From an uncultured Planctomycetaceae bacterium (GTDB lineage: Bacteria; Planctomycetota; Planctomycetia; Planctomycetales; Planctomycetaceae): a DNA stretch of 64,000 bases. The stretch's first letter is position 1; the number at the start of each line of letters is the position of its first letter. The notes beneath the pieces were generated by a model, which saw only the letters and a program-made list of their open reading frames with translations, searched no databases and had not been told where the DNA came from. The stretch spans positions 597,290-661,289 of the forward strand of contig CAWFGE010000008.1 in assembly GCA_963815195.1 (NCBI GenBank), read 5' to 3'. Made by a program: the position numbers and the translations under genes. Below, in pieces: positions 37,847 to 48,378 of the stretch.

Positions 37847-39064
37847 ATGAATGACTCTAGATCAACTTTGGGCTTGGCTCTTCGCCGTTTTGCACTTTTC
37901 GCCGTGTTGCCGGCGATCGTCTGGGGATGTGCGTTCCAAGCGGAAGCCGAGAAAGGCCAATGGGCCAACGAGGAAGCGAACTCCCGCAGTGCCAAAAACT
38001 CCGGAGCATCTGAGGCCGTGACGCCGGTCACTTGGGTCGCGGAACAGTGGTGGACGCTGCATCATGGGGGCGGTGTCTATGCCGTCTGTTTTTCTCCGGA
38101 CGGAAAACGCGTCTTAACATCCGGTCGATCCGACGGTCAACTGACGGTTCGGCTCTGGGATCTCTCGACAGGTCGTGAACTTAAGAGTTCCGGCGGGAAT
38201 AAGGCTTGGGATTTTGTTCGGGACATTGCCTGGTCGCCGGACAGTCGGTACGCGTTGTTCGCCGCGGGGCAATACAAAGGAACTCAGCGGCTGACACTGT
38301 GGGATGTCGAAAACTGGAAAGAAGTCCGGCGGTTTGAAGGCCACCAGAATTCCGTAACCCGTGCCGCGTTCTCTCCGGATGGTCGCCTCGCTATCTCTGG
38401 CACCTTCGACGGCGATGTGTTTGTGTGGGATATTCAAACCGGGAAGGAAATCAGCCATTACAAGCCGAAGCTCGGCCGGTTCAATGGCGAACCCGACGGG
38501 GATACGCATCGCCTCGACGTTACGCCCGACGGCAAAACCGGTCTCTGGGCGGGCGGGACCGACAACTACCAACTGACGGTGTTTGATCTCGGCACGGGTC
38601 GCGAACTCACGCGTTTCCAGCCGAAGGAACCCTCCCGCCAGTATATCGTCGATGCGGTTTTCACAGCCGATGGTTCCCGAATCCTCGCCGCCCACTCCTA
38701 CGGCTATCTGCGGGTTTGGGATGTCGGGCAGGTCAGTTCATCGCCGGCTCTGAAAATCTCTCCCGAGGTGATTACGAGCGTGGCCTTCTCGCAGTATGAC
38801 CGGCTGGCGCTGGTCGGGAGTTTTCGAGGCGAGTTGACTCTGTGGAATATCGAGAATGTGCAAGAGGAAGTTCCCAAGTTGAAGCGGCTCCTTCGACTTC
38901 AGTATCCTCATGCCCAGGAAAAACTGGCAAATGACCGAGGCCAGGCGGCCGCTGGAATCATGCGAGTCGCTTTGTCCCCGGATAACCGCTATGCGGCGGC
39001 CGCCGACCATGACGGCACCGTGCGTATTTGGAAGATTTACAAGAAAATAACGCCGGACAAGTAG
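37847..39064 (+). CDS. Secreted WD40-repeat protein
   Basis: Signal peptide and repeated FSPDG...WD motifs. Confidence 0.9.
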   Translation: MNDSRSTLGLALRRFALFAVLPAIVWGCAFQAEAEKGQWANEEANSRSAKNSGASEAVTPVTWVAEQWWTLHHGGGVYAVCFSPDGKRVLTSGRSDGQLTVRLWDLSTGRELKSSGGNKAWDFVRDIAWSPDSRYALFAAGQYKGTQRLTLWDVENWKEVRRFEGHQNSVTRAAFSPDGRLAISGTFDGDVFVWDIQTGKEISHYKPKLGRFNGEPDGDTHRLDVTPDGKTGLWAGGTDNYQLTVFDLGTGRELTRFQPKEPSRQYIVDAVFTADGSRILAAHSYGYLRVWDVGQVSSSPALKISPEVITSVAFSQYDRLALVGSFRGELTLWNIENVQEEVPKLKRLLRLQYPHAQEKLANDRGQAAAGIMRVALSPDNRYAAAADHDGTVRIWKIYKKITPDK

Positions 39065-39387
39065 CGGGTCACATAAATCCGCATGTCCAAATACCTGCGG
39101 TTCATCGCGTGCCGCATGACCGACAGCGATGGTCTCGACCTCATCAAGAGCACAGCCGCCCAGGTTTTAGGCCCGCGGACGGTTTCTCGCCAAGCCGAAA
39201 GACTCGGGAGAATTCCCATAACCGGCTCGGTCAACGTCCGGCGAAAATTCCGGACGAAGTCGGTTGTGGAGAGGACGCAAACGCCTAGAATACGGCTAGT
39301 GCCGGGCCGCCGTGGGCCGGCCGTCGCCGGCTGGGAGTCGGCAGCGTTTCGAATCGCCTCACTGAATCCCTCAAAAGGAGCCGCACT

Positions 39388-39993
39388 GTGGCATACTCCC
39401 TCCCCGAACTGCCCTATGCCTATGACGCCCTGGAACCGCACATCGACGCCCGGACGATGGAAATCCATCACACCAAGCACCATCAGGCTTACATCAACAA
39501 AGTGAACGACGCCATCGCCGGCACGGACTTGGAATCGAAGTCCATCGAAGATTTGATGCGCGGGCTCTCGAGCGTGCCCGAAAAAATTCGTGGAACCGTC
39601 CGCAACAACGGCGGCGGCCACGCGAACCACTCGCTGTTCTGGACGATCATGTCTCCCAAAGGCGGCGGCACGCCCTCCGGCGAATTGGGCGATGCGATCA
39701 ACAGCAAGTTCGGCGGCTTCGACAACTTCAAGACGGAATTCGGCAACGCCGGGGCCACGCGGTTCGGCAGCGGCTGGGCCTGGCTGTCCGTGGACAACGG
39801 CTACCTGGTCGTCGAAAGCACGCCCAACCAGGACACGCCGCTCTCCGAAGGCCGGACTCCCATCCTCGGCATGGACGTGTGGGAGCACGCCTATTATCTG
39901 AAGTACCAAAACCGCCGGCCCGATTACATCGCGGCGTTTTTTAACGTAATCAACTGGGACGAAGTCAGCAAACGCTTCGCCGCCGCGAAGTGA
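39388..39993 (+). CDS. sodA: Superoxide dismutase, Fe/Mn family (Mn-type signature)
   Basis: [40 protein letters not shown]. Confidence 0.95.
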   Translation: MAYSLPELPYAYDALEPHIDARTMEIHHTKHHQAYINKVNDAIAGTDLESKSIEDLMRGLSSVPEKIRGTVRNNGGGHANHSLFWTIMSPKGGGTPSGELGDAINSKFGGFDNFKTEFGNAGATRFGSGWAWLSVDNGYLVVESTPNQDTPLSEGRTPILGMDVWEHAYYLKYQNRRPDYIAAFFNVINWDEVSKRFAAAK

Positions 39994-40014
39994 TTCAATC
40001 AAACGCGACAAACC

Positions 40015-40046
40015 AAGCCGGGGGCATTTGCGGCCCCCGGTTTTTT
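40015..40046 (+). terminator. Rho-independent terminator of sodA
   Basis: GCCGGGGGC-loop-GCCCCCGGT followed by a T-run. Confidence 0.8.
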
Positions 40047-40073
40047 ATGCGTGCAGAGAATCAACCCGTCTCG

Positions 40074-40135
40074 ATTCGCCCGATGCGCAAGCGAGCGATT
40101 TCAAACGATTTCCCTCGCTTGCGCATCGGGCGAAT
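40074..40135. repeat. REP-like inverted pair (ATTCGCCCGATGCGCAAGCGAG family)
   Basis: Perfect inverted arms; related arms at 58297-58546. Confidence 0.8.
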
Positions 40136-40147
40136 GAATGATTCGGT

Positions 40148-41539
<1,392 letters not shown>

Positions 41540-41676
41540 GGTCGCTCCTTCCTCAGAATGGGTTGATTCAACCGGTATGATAATCAAACCGGGAAGACCG
41601 AAACCACGCCGAAGACCGCAAACGCGGATTTTTCGACCGCGGCCCCGAGACTCGGAGCCACGAAACGACAGTCCGC

Positions 41677-41768
41677 AAACCTGAGCGGTCAGGCGCTAGC
41701 CTCCGGCTCTTGATTTTGGGAATAGCGCTTCATCGAAGCCGGAGGCTAGCGCCTGACCGCTCAGGTTT
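41677..41768. repeat. Perfect 32-bp inverted repeat (REP doublet, same family as the 25564 array)
   Basis: AAACCTGAGCGGTCAGGCGCTAGCCTCCGGCT and its exact reverse complement. Confidence 0.9.
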
Positions 41769-41790
41769 TTCAAGCTCCGCGGTGACCCTT

Positions 41791-42210
41791 TCAGTCTTTC
41801 GCTTTGAAGGGCTGCGGCGAGTAGTCCGTGGGGCTCAGGAACACGGATTCCACCTTCATCACGATCTTCCCGTCCATCTCGGATTCCTTTTGGGCTTTTT
41901 TCCATTCGGGATCCTGCCGAAACGCGGCCCAGGATTTCTTGGCGGCGTCCTGGCTGTTGTGCTTGAGCAGATACACGAGCGTATTCTCTTTATCCACGGG
42001 CGTGAAATACATCACGTTCGTCATGCCGTGCTTTTTGAAAATCCGCATTGTGTGGTCGCGGAACCGCTTGTGGAGTGCGGGCAGCCTCCCTGGAAACGTC
42101 GTGTAAGTCCGCAACTCAAAAACCGCCGCGTCCTCGGCAAGCACAAGCCGCGGGGACACGGTCAAACCACACATCAAAACCAACGAGAAGGCCAACCATC
42201 GATTACGCAT
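41791..42210 (-). CDS. NIPSNAP family protein with signal peptide
   Basis: FELRTY, RFRDHT, FRQDPEW, PTDYSP. Confidence 0.9.
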   Translation of the reverse strand: MRNRWLAFSLVLMCGLTVSPRLVLAEDAAVFELRTYTTFPGRLPALHKRFRDHTMRIFKKHGMTNVMYFTPVDKENTLVYLLKHNSQDAAKKSWAAFRQDPEWKKAQKESEMDGKIVMKVESVFLSPTDYSPQPFKAKD

Positions 42211-42701
42211 GAGAGTCACTCCAGGCTGAAAAGCACAAACGGAAACAGACTGCCTAGTCCGCATCAAACCGTTTCCGTTCCGCACGGTCAAGTCCGTCAA
42301 AAAGAATTGGGCCTCCATGACTATTTTGACTCCACCACCACGCGGAAACCGAAGTAAGCCAACCGCAAGTTGGGAGCGCTGCCGGTTCGGAATGCCGACC
42401 GGCACATTCGGGCGTCGCCGAGCCGCAACCAATCGCAAAAGCGGGCCGCGTCATTCTTCAACAATCGTCGGGTGCCGGGATCGCGATTGCAATATCAGCG
42501 CAAAGACACAGGCGTTCATTGCAAAAAACAGAATAGAATTCGACGGATGCCGCCGGGACGATTGCACCATAATCCCACAATACTTAATTTGAACGCGGAT
42601 TTTTCGTCGTTTGACCTGCGAGGGATTCACTGAAGCGAATATCTCTTTTCCTCCTTGGAAAACACGCACACCGTGACCGCGTTCTTACTCCGGAGACTTC
42701 C

Positions 42702-43646
42702 ATGAACCGTTTCGTGCGATTTTCGTGCGGCGTTTTGCTGCTGATGAGTTTTGCCGGAAGTGCTTGGGGAGCAGAGCCTCCGGGTCGGAGTTTTTATGCG
42801 GCCGATTCCTCGAAAAATCTTTTGGCCCGCGTGGAAAAGACCGGAGAGATTTCCTACCGGTACAAGATCGGCCCGCTGCACGATTTGCATTGGCTCCCCA
42901 ACGGGCATCTGCTGTTTCAAACGTCTTGGACGCGGATCGTCGAAGTCGATCCCGCGACCAATCAGGTCGTCTGGGAATACGATGCCAAGACCAACGGCAA
43001 TCAGAATCGCAAGGTCGAAGTCCATGCGTTCCAAAGATTGCCGGGCGGCCGCACGGTGATCGCCGAGTCGGGACCGGGGCGGATTCTGGAAGTCGATGAC
43101 GACGGAACGATTCAGCATCAAATCAAACTCCAAGTGGACAAGCCGCACCCGCACCACGACACGCGACTCGTCCGCAAATTGGACAACGGCCACTATCTCG
43201 TCTGCCACGAAAACGACGGCGCCGTCCGCGAGTACGATGCCCAAGGGCGAATCGTCTGGGAGTATGAAGTCCCCTTGTTCGGCAAGCCGCCCCGAGCCGG
43301 CCACGGCCCCGAAGCCTTCGGCAACCAGTGCTTCGCCGCCGTGCGGCTCAAGACCGGCAATACACTGATCTCCACCGGCAACGGGCACGGGGTGATCGAA
43401 GTCACGCCGGACAAAAAAATCGCGTGGAGCGTCCAGCAAGACGACCTGCCCGGCATCCGGCTCGCGTGGGTCACGACGCTCCAGGTCTTAAAGAACGGCA
43501 ACATCGTCCTCGGCAACTGCCACGCCGGCCCCGAGCAACCCCAACTGATCGAAATCACCAAGGGTAAGAAAGTCGTCTGGACCTACAAAAACTTCCAAGA
43601 CTTCGGGAACTCGCTGACCAACTCGGTGATCGCCGAAGGCAATTAA
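42702..43646 (+). CDS. Secreted PQQ-like beta-propeller repeat protein
   Basis: Signal peptide; repeated LxNGxxL...E(V/Y)D..G...WEY units. Confidence 0.85.
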   Translation: MNRFVRFSCGVLLLMSFAGSAWGAEPPGRSFYAADSSKNLLARVEKTGEISYRYKIGPLHDLHWLPNGHLLFQTSWTRIVEVDPATNQVVWEYDAKTNGNQNRKVEVHAFQRLPGGRTVIAESGPGRILEVDDDGTIQHQIKLQVDKPHPHHDTRLVRKLDNGHYLVCHENDGAVREYDAQGRIVWEYEVPLFGKPPRAGHGPEAFGNQCFAAVRLKTGNTLISTGNGHGVIEVTPDKKIAWSVQQDDLPGIRLAWVTTLQVLKNGNIVLGNCHAGPEQPQLIEITKGKKVVWTYKNFQDFGNSLTNSVIAEGN

Positions 43647-43840
43647 AGCACGGCGCCATTTGTGGCCCCATTCCTCCGCATGAGCCTTCCGCGCGGTCTC
43701 ATCCCCCGACGGAAATCCACGTCATTCCCAAGTAATTAAAAAAAAACCGCCACAAAAGATTGGCGGTTTTTAGAAACTTTACTCAATTAACCGGAATCTT
43801 TAGCAAATTCCATGCCAAATACTCAAAACCCGGTTTCCAG

Positions 43841-44224
43841 CTATATTTGAAATGGGGTAGATTTCCCATTCTGCTGCACAGTTGCAAATGTCCCTTTGTT
43901 TACGTTACTCGCAAATCCGTGAATCATTGGCCATCGTTGAACCATCCAGGTCGCTTGTCTCCAAAAACCCAATTTACCCCAAAATCGTCCGATAAACAGG
44001 GCGGTAATCCCAGATTCTTTAAGCAATTCGGCCTCAATGACTCTGTGTTTCATGTGTTTTTCAGCCGTGACCAACACATAATTTGAATGCTTGAGTTCTC
44101 TAAGCAAATCTGGATCTTTGATGTGCTGATCGAAAACTTCCCGCAATGCTCGAACATCAACATCAAGAGCACGCAGCATCTCTGCGAAATTGTAGCTGAT
44201 ATTGTTGTCGAAAAGATAAGTCAT
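43841..44224 (-). CDS. PIN-domain toxin (DUF5615/VapC45-like)
   Basis: YLFDNN, KDPDLL, LVTAEK; 4-bp overlap with the upstream DUF433 gene. Confidence 0.8.
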   Translation of the reverse strand: MTYLFDNNISYNFAEMLRALDVDVRALREVFDQHIKDPDLLRELKHSNYVLVTAEKHMKHRVIEAELLKESGITALFIGRFWGKLGFWRQATWMVQRWPMIHGFASNVNKGTFATVQQNGKSTPFQI

Positions 44225-44895
44225 GCACTCAGCGATTTATTGAATTGAATCGCTGCCTGAACGGCCTCCAATGGAATCCCAAGCCACTTGGCGACGACAT
44301 GCACTTCCTGTCCGTCACCTGCTTCAAGTGCATCAATTATTGTTTCAACAGGAATGCCGCTGTCAAAGTCGATGGGCTGACCATGCTTTCGCAATGGGTC
44401 AAGAACAATTCGCCCTCTCGTGCCAAGCGGCCAAAACTGTTCCAGCGTCATCCCATCATATTTGAGCTTACGAAAAAACGGTCGTATGATCGTTTTGAAT
44501 ACGAGTTGGCCGTGTTTTAATTCTTCGACCACTTCGTTGTCGGACTCTTTCCCGATCAGAGTGGCGAAAATCGACCTTCCGTCGGTGTCAAATCGTTTTA
44601 CCGTGAAAGGGTATGCTGATCGAAACTTCTCAGAAGCGACGTTTGCGGCTTTGCGTATCGTTTGAAGCGAGACGTTCTCGTCTCGAAACATTTTGACGAA
44701 ATGGAGTTCCATTAACTCGGCAAACGTCAAAATCTCCATCGCTGGAAACTTTCGAGCCACGATTGCCTCACAGCCTCGTGGTTCGCTTAGCCAATACCGA
44801 AGCGTTCTGTATTGGATGCCGAGAATCCTTGCGGCCTGCGGGATGTCGTAGACACCTTGGCCTAATAATTCAATGGTTGATGGGTTCTTCGCCAT
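44221..44895 (-). CDS. HTH + DUF433 antitoxin (VapB45-like)
   Basis: GVYDIPQAARILG HTH, LTFAELMEL, IVLDPLRKHGQP, VQAAIQF. Confidence 0.85.
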   Translation of the reverse strand: MAKNPSTIELLGQGVYDIPQAARILGIQYRTLRYWLSEPRGCEAIVARKFPAMEILTFAELMELHFVKMFRDENVSLQTIRKAANVASEKFRSAYPFTVKRFDTDGRSIFATLIGKESDNEVVEELKHGQLVFKTIIRPFFRKLKYDGMTLEQFWPLGTRGRIVLDPLRKHGQPIDFDSGIPVETIIDALEAGDGQEVHVVAKWLGIPLEAVQAAIQFNKSLSA

Positions 44896-45198
44896 TTGAT
44901 TTTGTGGGAATGAGAAACTGGAATTGCAATTTAATCGCAGAAAGGTGGCTGGTCAACAAAATGCGGTGAGGATTGCCAAAGAATCATATCATGCGCATGT
45001 TCACTGGTCAACATCCAGCGCCGACCAAACTGGTACAGTTTGAATTTGAAATAGACACCACCCAAGAAGCGGTGGTGTCCGCGTTTGATTTCGGGTTTTG
45101 AGCGTTCGGCGCGGAATTTGCTAGCCGCAATTGCCTTTCAAATAATAGAGAAAGCCGGGTTTGTTGCATCAGCAGGCCAGGCTTCTTTTTTATTCAGC

Positions 45199-45227
45199 CG
45201 GCCTCAGCAATTGCTGAGGCCGTTTTT
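45199..45227. promoter_or_regulatory. Perfect 24-bp palindrome (operator or terminator)
   Basis: CGGCCTCAGCAATTGCTGAGGCCG followed by TTTTT, between divergent genes. Confidence 0.5.
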
Positions 45228-45334
45228 AATGGCTGATTTTTTTTGATTTTTTTATGAAAATCAGACGGTTGATTCAGATTAGTTCGCTGGCTACAATTCA
45301 ATTCCCTGGATAGTCAGGGGAAGGGGGAACTTAT

Positions 45335-45799
45335 ATGTCGAAAACTGAACAAGCGGTTCGCGCTCGAATCTCGAATCTTCAAGAGAAAATCGAAAAATCA
45401 CAAAAGACCGAAGATGAATTGAGAAGTGAAATTGGGGCACTTCAATGCGAACTTCAGAACGAATTGGAAGAACGGCAATTCATATCGGCTTTGCTACGCG
45501 AGTTGCTGCAAATCGGGGCAGAAGCAGGTATTTTGACGGAAGGCAACGGTGTCAAAATACCCCCTAAAAAGAAAGCATCTGCGGCCGTCCTCGATTACTT
45601 ACGGATGCATCCGAGTGGCGCGACGAGCAGTAGAATTGCAGATGATTTGAAGGATTTAGTCGATACTCAATCTGATAATAAGCGATCAATTATCTTTTCT
45701 GCGGTATTCAATTTAAAGAAGAACGCAAAAATTGTGTTCGATGAGGATACAGAAAAATACTCATTGCCTAAAAAAACCGACGATTCTCAAGCGGAGTGA
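45335..45799 (+). CDS. Hypothetical protein, N-terminal coiled coil and C-terminal winged-helix-like domain
   Basis: Heptad-rich N-terminus; AVLDYLRMHPSGATSSRIADDL...IFSAVFNLKK...YSL; AT-rich codons. Confidence 0.7.
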   Translation: MSKTEQAVRARISNLQEKIEKSQKTEDELRSEIGALQCELQNELEERQFISALLRELLQIGAEAGILTEGNGVKIPPKKKASAAVLDYLRMHPSGATSSRIADDLKDLVDTQSDNKRSIIFSAVFNLKKNAKIVFDEDTEKYSLPKKTDDSQAE

Positions 45800-46077
45800 G
45801 AATCGTCGGTTTGGTAGTTAACTCCGCAGTCCGCCGGTTTCCAGGTGGGAAGATTTGGCGATCAGATCACCTGGGAATCGGCCCTTTTTCACGGAGGTTC
45901 GACGATGGAGAATACTCCGCCGCCGCCACTACTACCTTTTTGGTGTCACCTGATACGATGGCAATTCACGGCCATGATCGGTTCAACCAGGGAGAATAGC
46001 AGCATATCCGCTAATCTCCATTTTGTCTAATTATCGACATTTCTTGGAATGCACTCGTGCATACGGTGCATTCCTTT

Positions 46078-46179
46078 GGAGGGATGGCAGAATGGCATTG
46101 CACGGGTCTTATAATCCCAGGTCCGCGATAAACCGTTGCAAGTGAGATCGCGGTGCAGGTTCGATTCCTGTTCCCTCCG
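46078..46179 (+). tRNA. Atypical tRNA: UAU anticodon, long variable arm, Ser-like acceptor, no encoded CCA
   Basis: Acceptor GGAGGGA/TCCCTCC+G; D arm GCAG/TTGC with GG; loop CT-TAT-AA (46108-46114); variable stem CCGCGAT/ATCGCGG; T arm GCAGG-TTCGATT-CCTGT. Confidence 0.85.
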
Positions 46180-46209
46180 TCTAATCTTATGCACGAAGAA
46201 GCATTTAAG

Positions 46210-46314
46210 TCAATCGGCTTTCTTTCTCGCTTCGTTTAAAAGAATGGTGCGCGCCCATGTTGATGTTCTTCCACTGGCGGCAGCATCAAGTTGGGTGCTG
46301 CGGTGGCCCTGCAC
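46210..46314 (-). pseudogene. 3' fragment of a small ribbon-helix-helix-like gene truncated at the IS3 end
   Basis: Own translation ...QLDAAASGRTSTWARTILLNEARKKAD*; abuts the IS left end. Confidence 0.4.
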
Positions 46315-46393
46315 TGTGGTGGACCCCGAAAACTGGACAGCCCAATAAGGTAGAATTTGCGATGTTCATTTGTCGCATTGGGAGGTTCCGATT

Positions 46394-46684
46394 ATGACCA
46401 GGAAGCGTCGAGTTTTGGGGTCCGCGTTCAAAGCCAAGGTGGCGTTGGCGGCGGTCAAAGGGGATAGGACGACGGCTCAGTTGGCGTCGGAATTTGGCGT
46501 CCACACGAGCCAAGTCACGGCTTGGAAAAAGCAGTTGTTGTCGGGAGCCACTGAGTTGTTCACGGATGGCCGACGTAAGCGATCCGACGATCAATCGGCC
46601 AATGAGCAAGAACTCTATGAACAAATCGGCCGGCTGAAAATGGAAGTCGAGTGGCTCAAAAAAAAGTCGCTGACGCTGGATTAA
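46394..46684 (+). CDS. IS3 transposase OrfA (HTH)
   Basis: FKAKVALAA, LASEFGVH, WKKQLL, LYEQIGRLKME; A8G slippery site at 46658-46666. Confidence 0.93.
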   Translation: MTRKRRVLGSAFKAKVALAAVKGDRTTAQLASEFGVHTSQVTAWKKQLLSGATELFTDGRRKRSDDQSANEQELYEQIGRLKMEVEWLKKKSLTLD

Positions 46685-47499
46685 GCCACGAGGTTTTGCG
46701 GGCATGGATCGAACCGAAGCATTCCACGTTGAGCGTGTCGCGTCAGTGCGATCTGTTGGGATTGGCGCGGAGCAGTTGGTACTACGAACCTGGCGGCGAG
46801 ACCGCGGAAAATTTGGAACTGATGCGGCGAATCGACGAGGAATACACGCGGCATCCGTTTTATGGTTCTCGCAAGATGGCCGAGTTGTTCGGCGTGAATC
46901 GCAAGCGAGTGCAGCGGCTGATGCGGCAGATGGGAATCGAAGCGGTTGGACCGAAACGCCGCACGACCAAACCGGGGCGCGGACACAAGATTTACCCTTA
47001 TTTACTGCGGAATGTGGAGGTTCTCCGGCCCAACCAGGTGTGGTCGAGCGACATCACTTACATCCCGCTTCGCCACGGGTTTTTGTATCTCGTGGCAGTG
47101 ATGGACTGGTTCAGTCGCTACGTGTTGAGTTGGCGATTGTCGAACACGTTGGAGGGGAGTTTTTGCTTGGAGGCGTTGGACGAAGCCTTGTCGATCTCGC
47201 GGCCGGAGGTCTTCAACAGCGACCAGGGCAGCCAATTCACGGCGATCAAGTTCACCGAGCGATTGGAACGATTGAATGTCGCGATCAGTATGGATGGAAA
47301 AGGACGGTGCTTGGACAACGTATTCATCGAGCGGCTGTGGCGGAGCGTGAAATACGAAGAGGTTTACTTGAAGGATTACACGGATGGTTGGGAGGCCGAG
47401 AGAAGCCTGCAGAGTTACTTTGAGTTCTATTGTGAGGAACGGATTCATCAGTCGCTGGGTTATCAAACGCCGGCGATGATCTACGAAGGAAAAGATTGA
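46651..47499 (+). CDS. IS3 transposase OrfB (DDE), reached by -1 frameshift
   Basis: WSSDITYI, NSDQGSQF, DNVFIERLWRSVKYE; -1 frame relative to OrfA. Confidence 0.93.
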   Translation: MAQKKVADAGLSHEVLRAWIEPKHSTLSVSRQCDLLGLARSSWYYEPGGETAENLELMRRIDEEYTRHPFYGSRKMAELFGVNRKRVQRLMRQMGIEAVGPKRRTTKPGRGHKIYPYLLRNVEVLRPNQVWSSDITYIPLRHGFLYLVAVMDWFSRYVLSWRLSNTLEGSFCLEALDEALSISRPEVFNSDQGSQFTAIKFTERLERLNVAISMDGKGRCLDNVFIERLWRSVKYEEVYLKDYTDGWEAERSLQSYFEFYCEERIHQSLGYQTPAMIYEGKD

Positions 47500-47717
47500 A
47501 GCCTGCACAAAGTGATGGACGAAAAATGAAAACAAGTTTCGCGCAAAACCGGGAGGGAACTGGTGAGGTCTCGTCCCGGGCCCCTTGTCATCGGCGGCAG
47601 ACGACGAGGCCTATGAGGGGCCTCGTCTGCCGCTGACTCACACCACTAAACAACCCCGTTTGCTGTCCAAAGAATGGGGTCCACCTCATGGAACAAAATT
47701 CCAGAATGGACATGAAA

Positions 47718-47770
47718 GATCGCAAAAGAAAAGCCCCGTCTCGGATCGACGGGGCTTTTCTTTTGCGATC
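47718..47770. terminator. Bidirectional terminator-like hairpin (perfect 23-bp IR)
   Basis: GATCGCAAAAGAAAAGCCCCGTC / GACGGGGCTTTTCTTTTGCGATC. Confidence 0.75.
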
Positions 47771-48378
47771 TCCCGGCCAATCATTCAGCCAGAAGGCAAA
47801 TTTTTTTGGGAAAAATCAAATTAGGACACTACCCAAGAAGCGATGCGTCAGAGTTTCCTAAAAACCAACTGTCCCATCAGCCCCATTCCTCGCCATTCCC
47901 CCATCGGAAATCCGCGGGAGGTCGGGTTGGGTATTTTGCGGGGGACGCTAGGGGTTGGCGGGGAGTTGGCCGGTGGCGGGGTTCTTTAAGGCTTTTCTGA
48001 GTATAGGGTTGCGCTTCTGATTTGGCTCCGAATTCCGGGGCCGTTTTTTTGACCGGGGGCTGGAATGGGGTAGAGTTTCGGTGTGACAGGCTCGAATCAA
48101 CCCGGCGTTTTAATCTGTCAGGACTTGCCTGACATGAACGTTTATCGCCTTGTCCGGGCCGAGCATTTGTTAGGATTGAAACATTAGGAACAGATGGTTT
48201 TTCGATGGGAAAACAGATCACCCCCGCGCGATTCTTTCCGGCCCGTTCCGAGGAAGCGGCCCGGCGAAGCTCACCAGCACAACCGCGGGAACCGTGATCT
48301 TGCCTTTGGCCCCGTTGAATGCCGGTTCCGGAAAATCGTCGACACCAATCACGCCGTTTGTATCGAAAACCTTGGGAG

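Larger units (their letters stand above)
46315..47688 (+). mobile_element. IS3 family insertion sequence (about 1.37 kb)
   Basis: Imperfect terminal IRs TGTGGTGGACCCCGAAAACTGGACAGC / TGAGGTGGACCCCATTCTTTGGACAGC with TG...CA ends; orfA/orfB; no target duplication seen. Confidence 0.95.

Noticed and set aside
46078..46179. Calling the tRNA selC or an ordinary tRNA-Ile
   Set aside because: The anticodon is UAU, not UCA, and the fold is 7/5. G73 and the long variable arm do not fit IleRS identity.
47800..48370. rpsU or an ncRNA upstream of dnaG
   Set aside because: No S21-like ORF or recognisable structured RNA found
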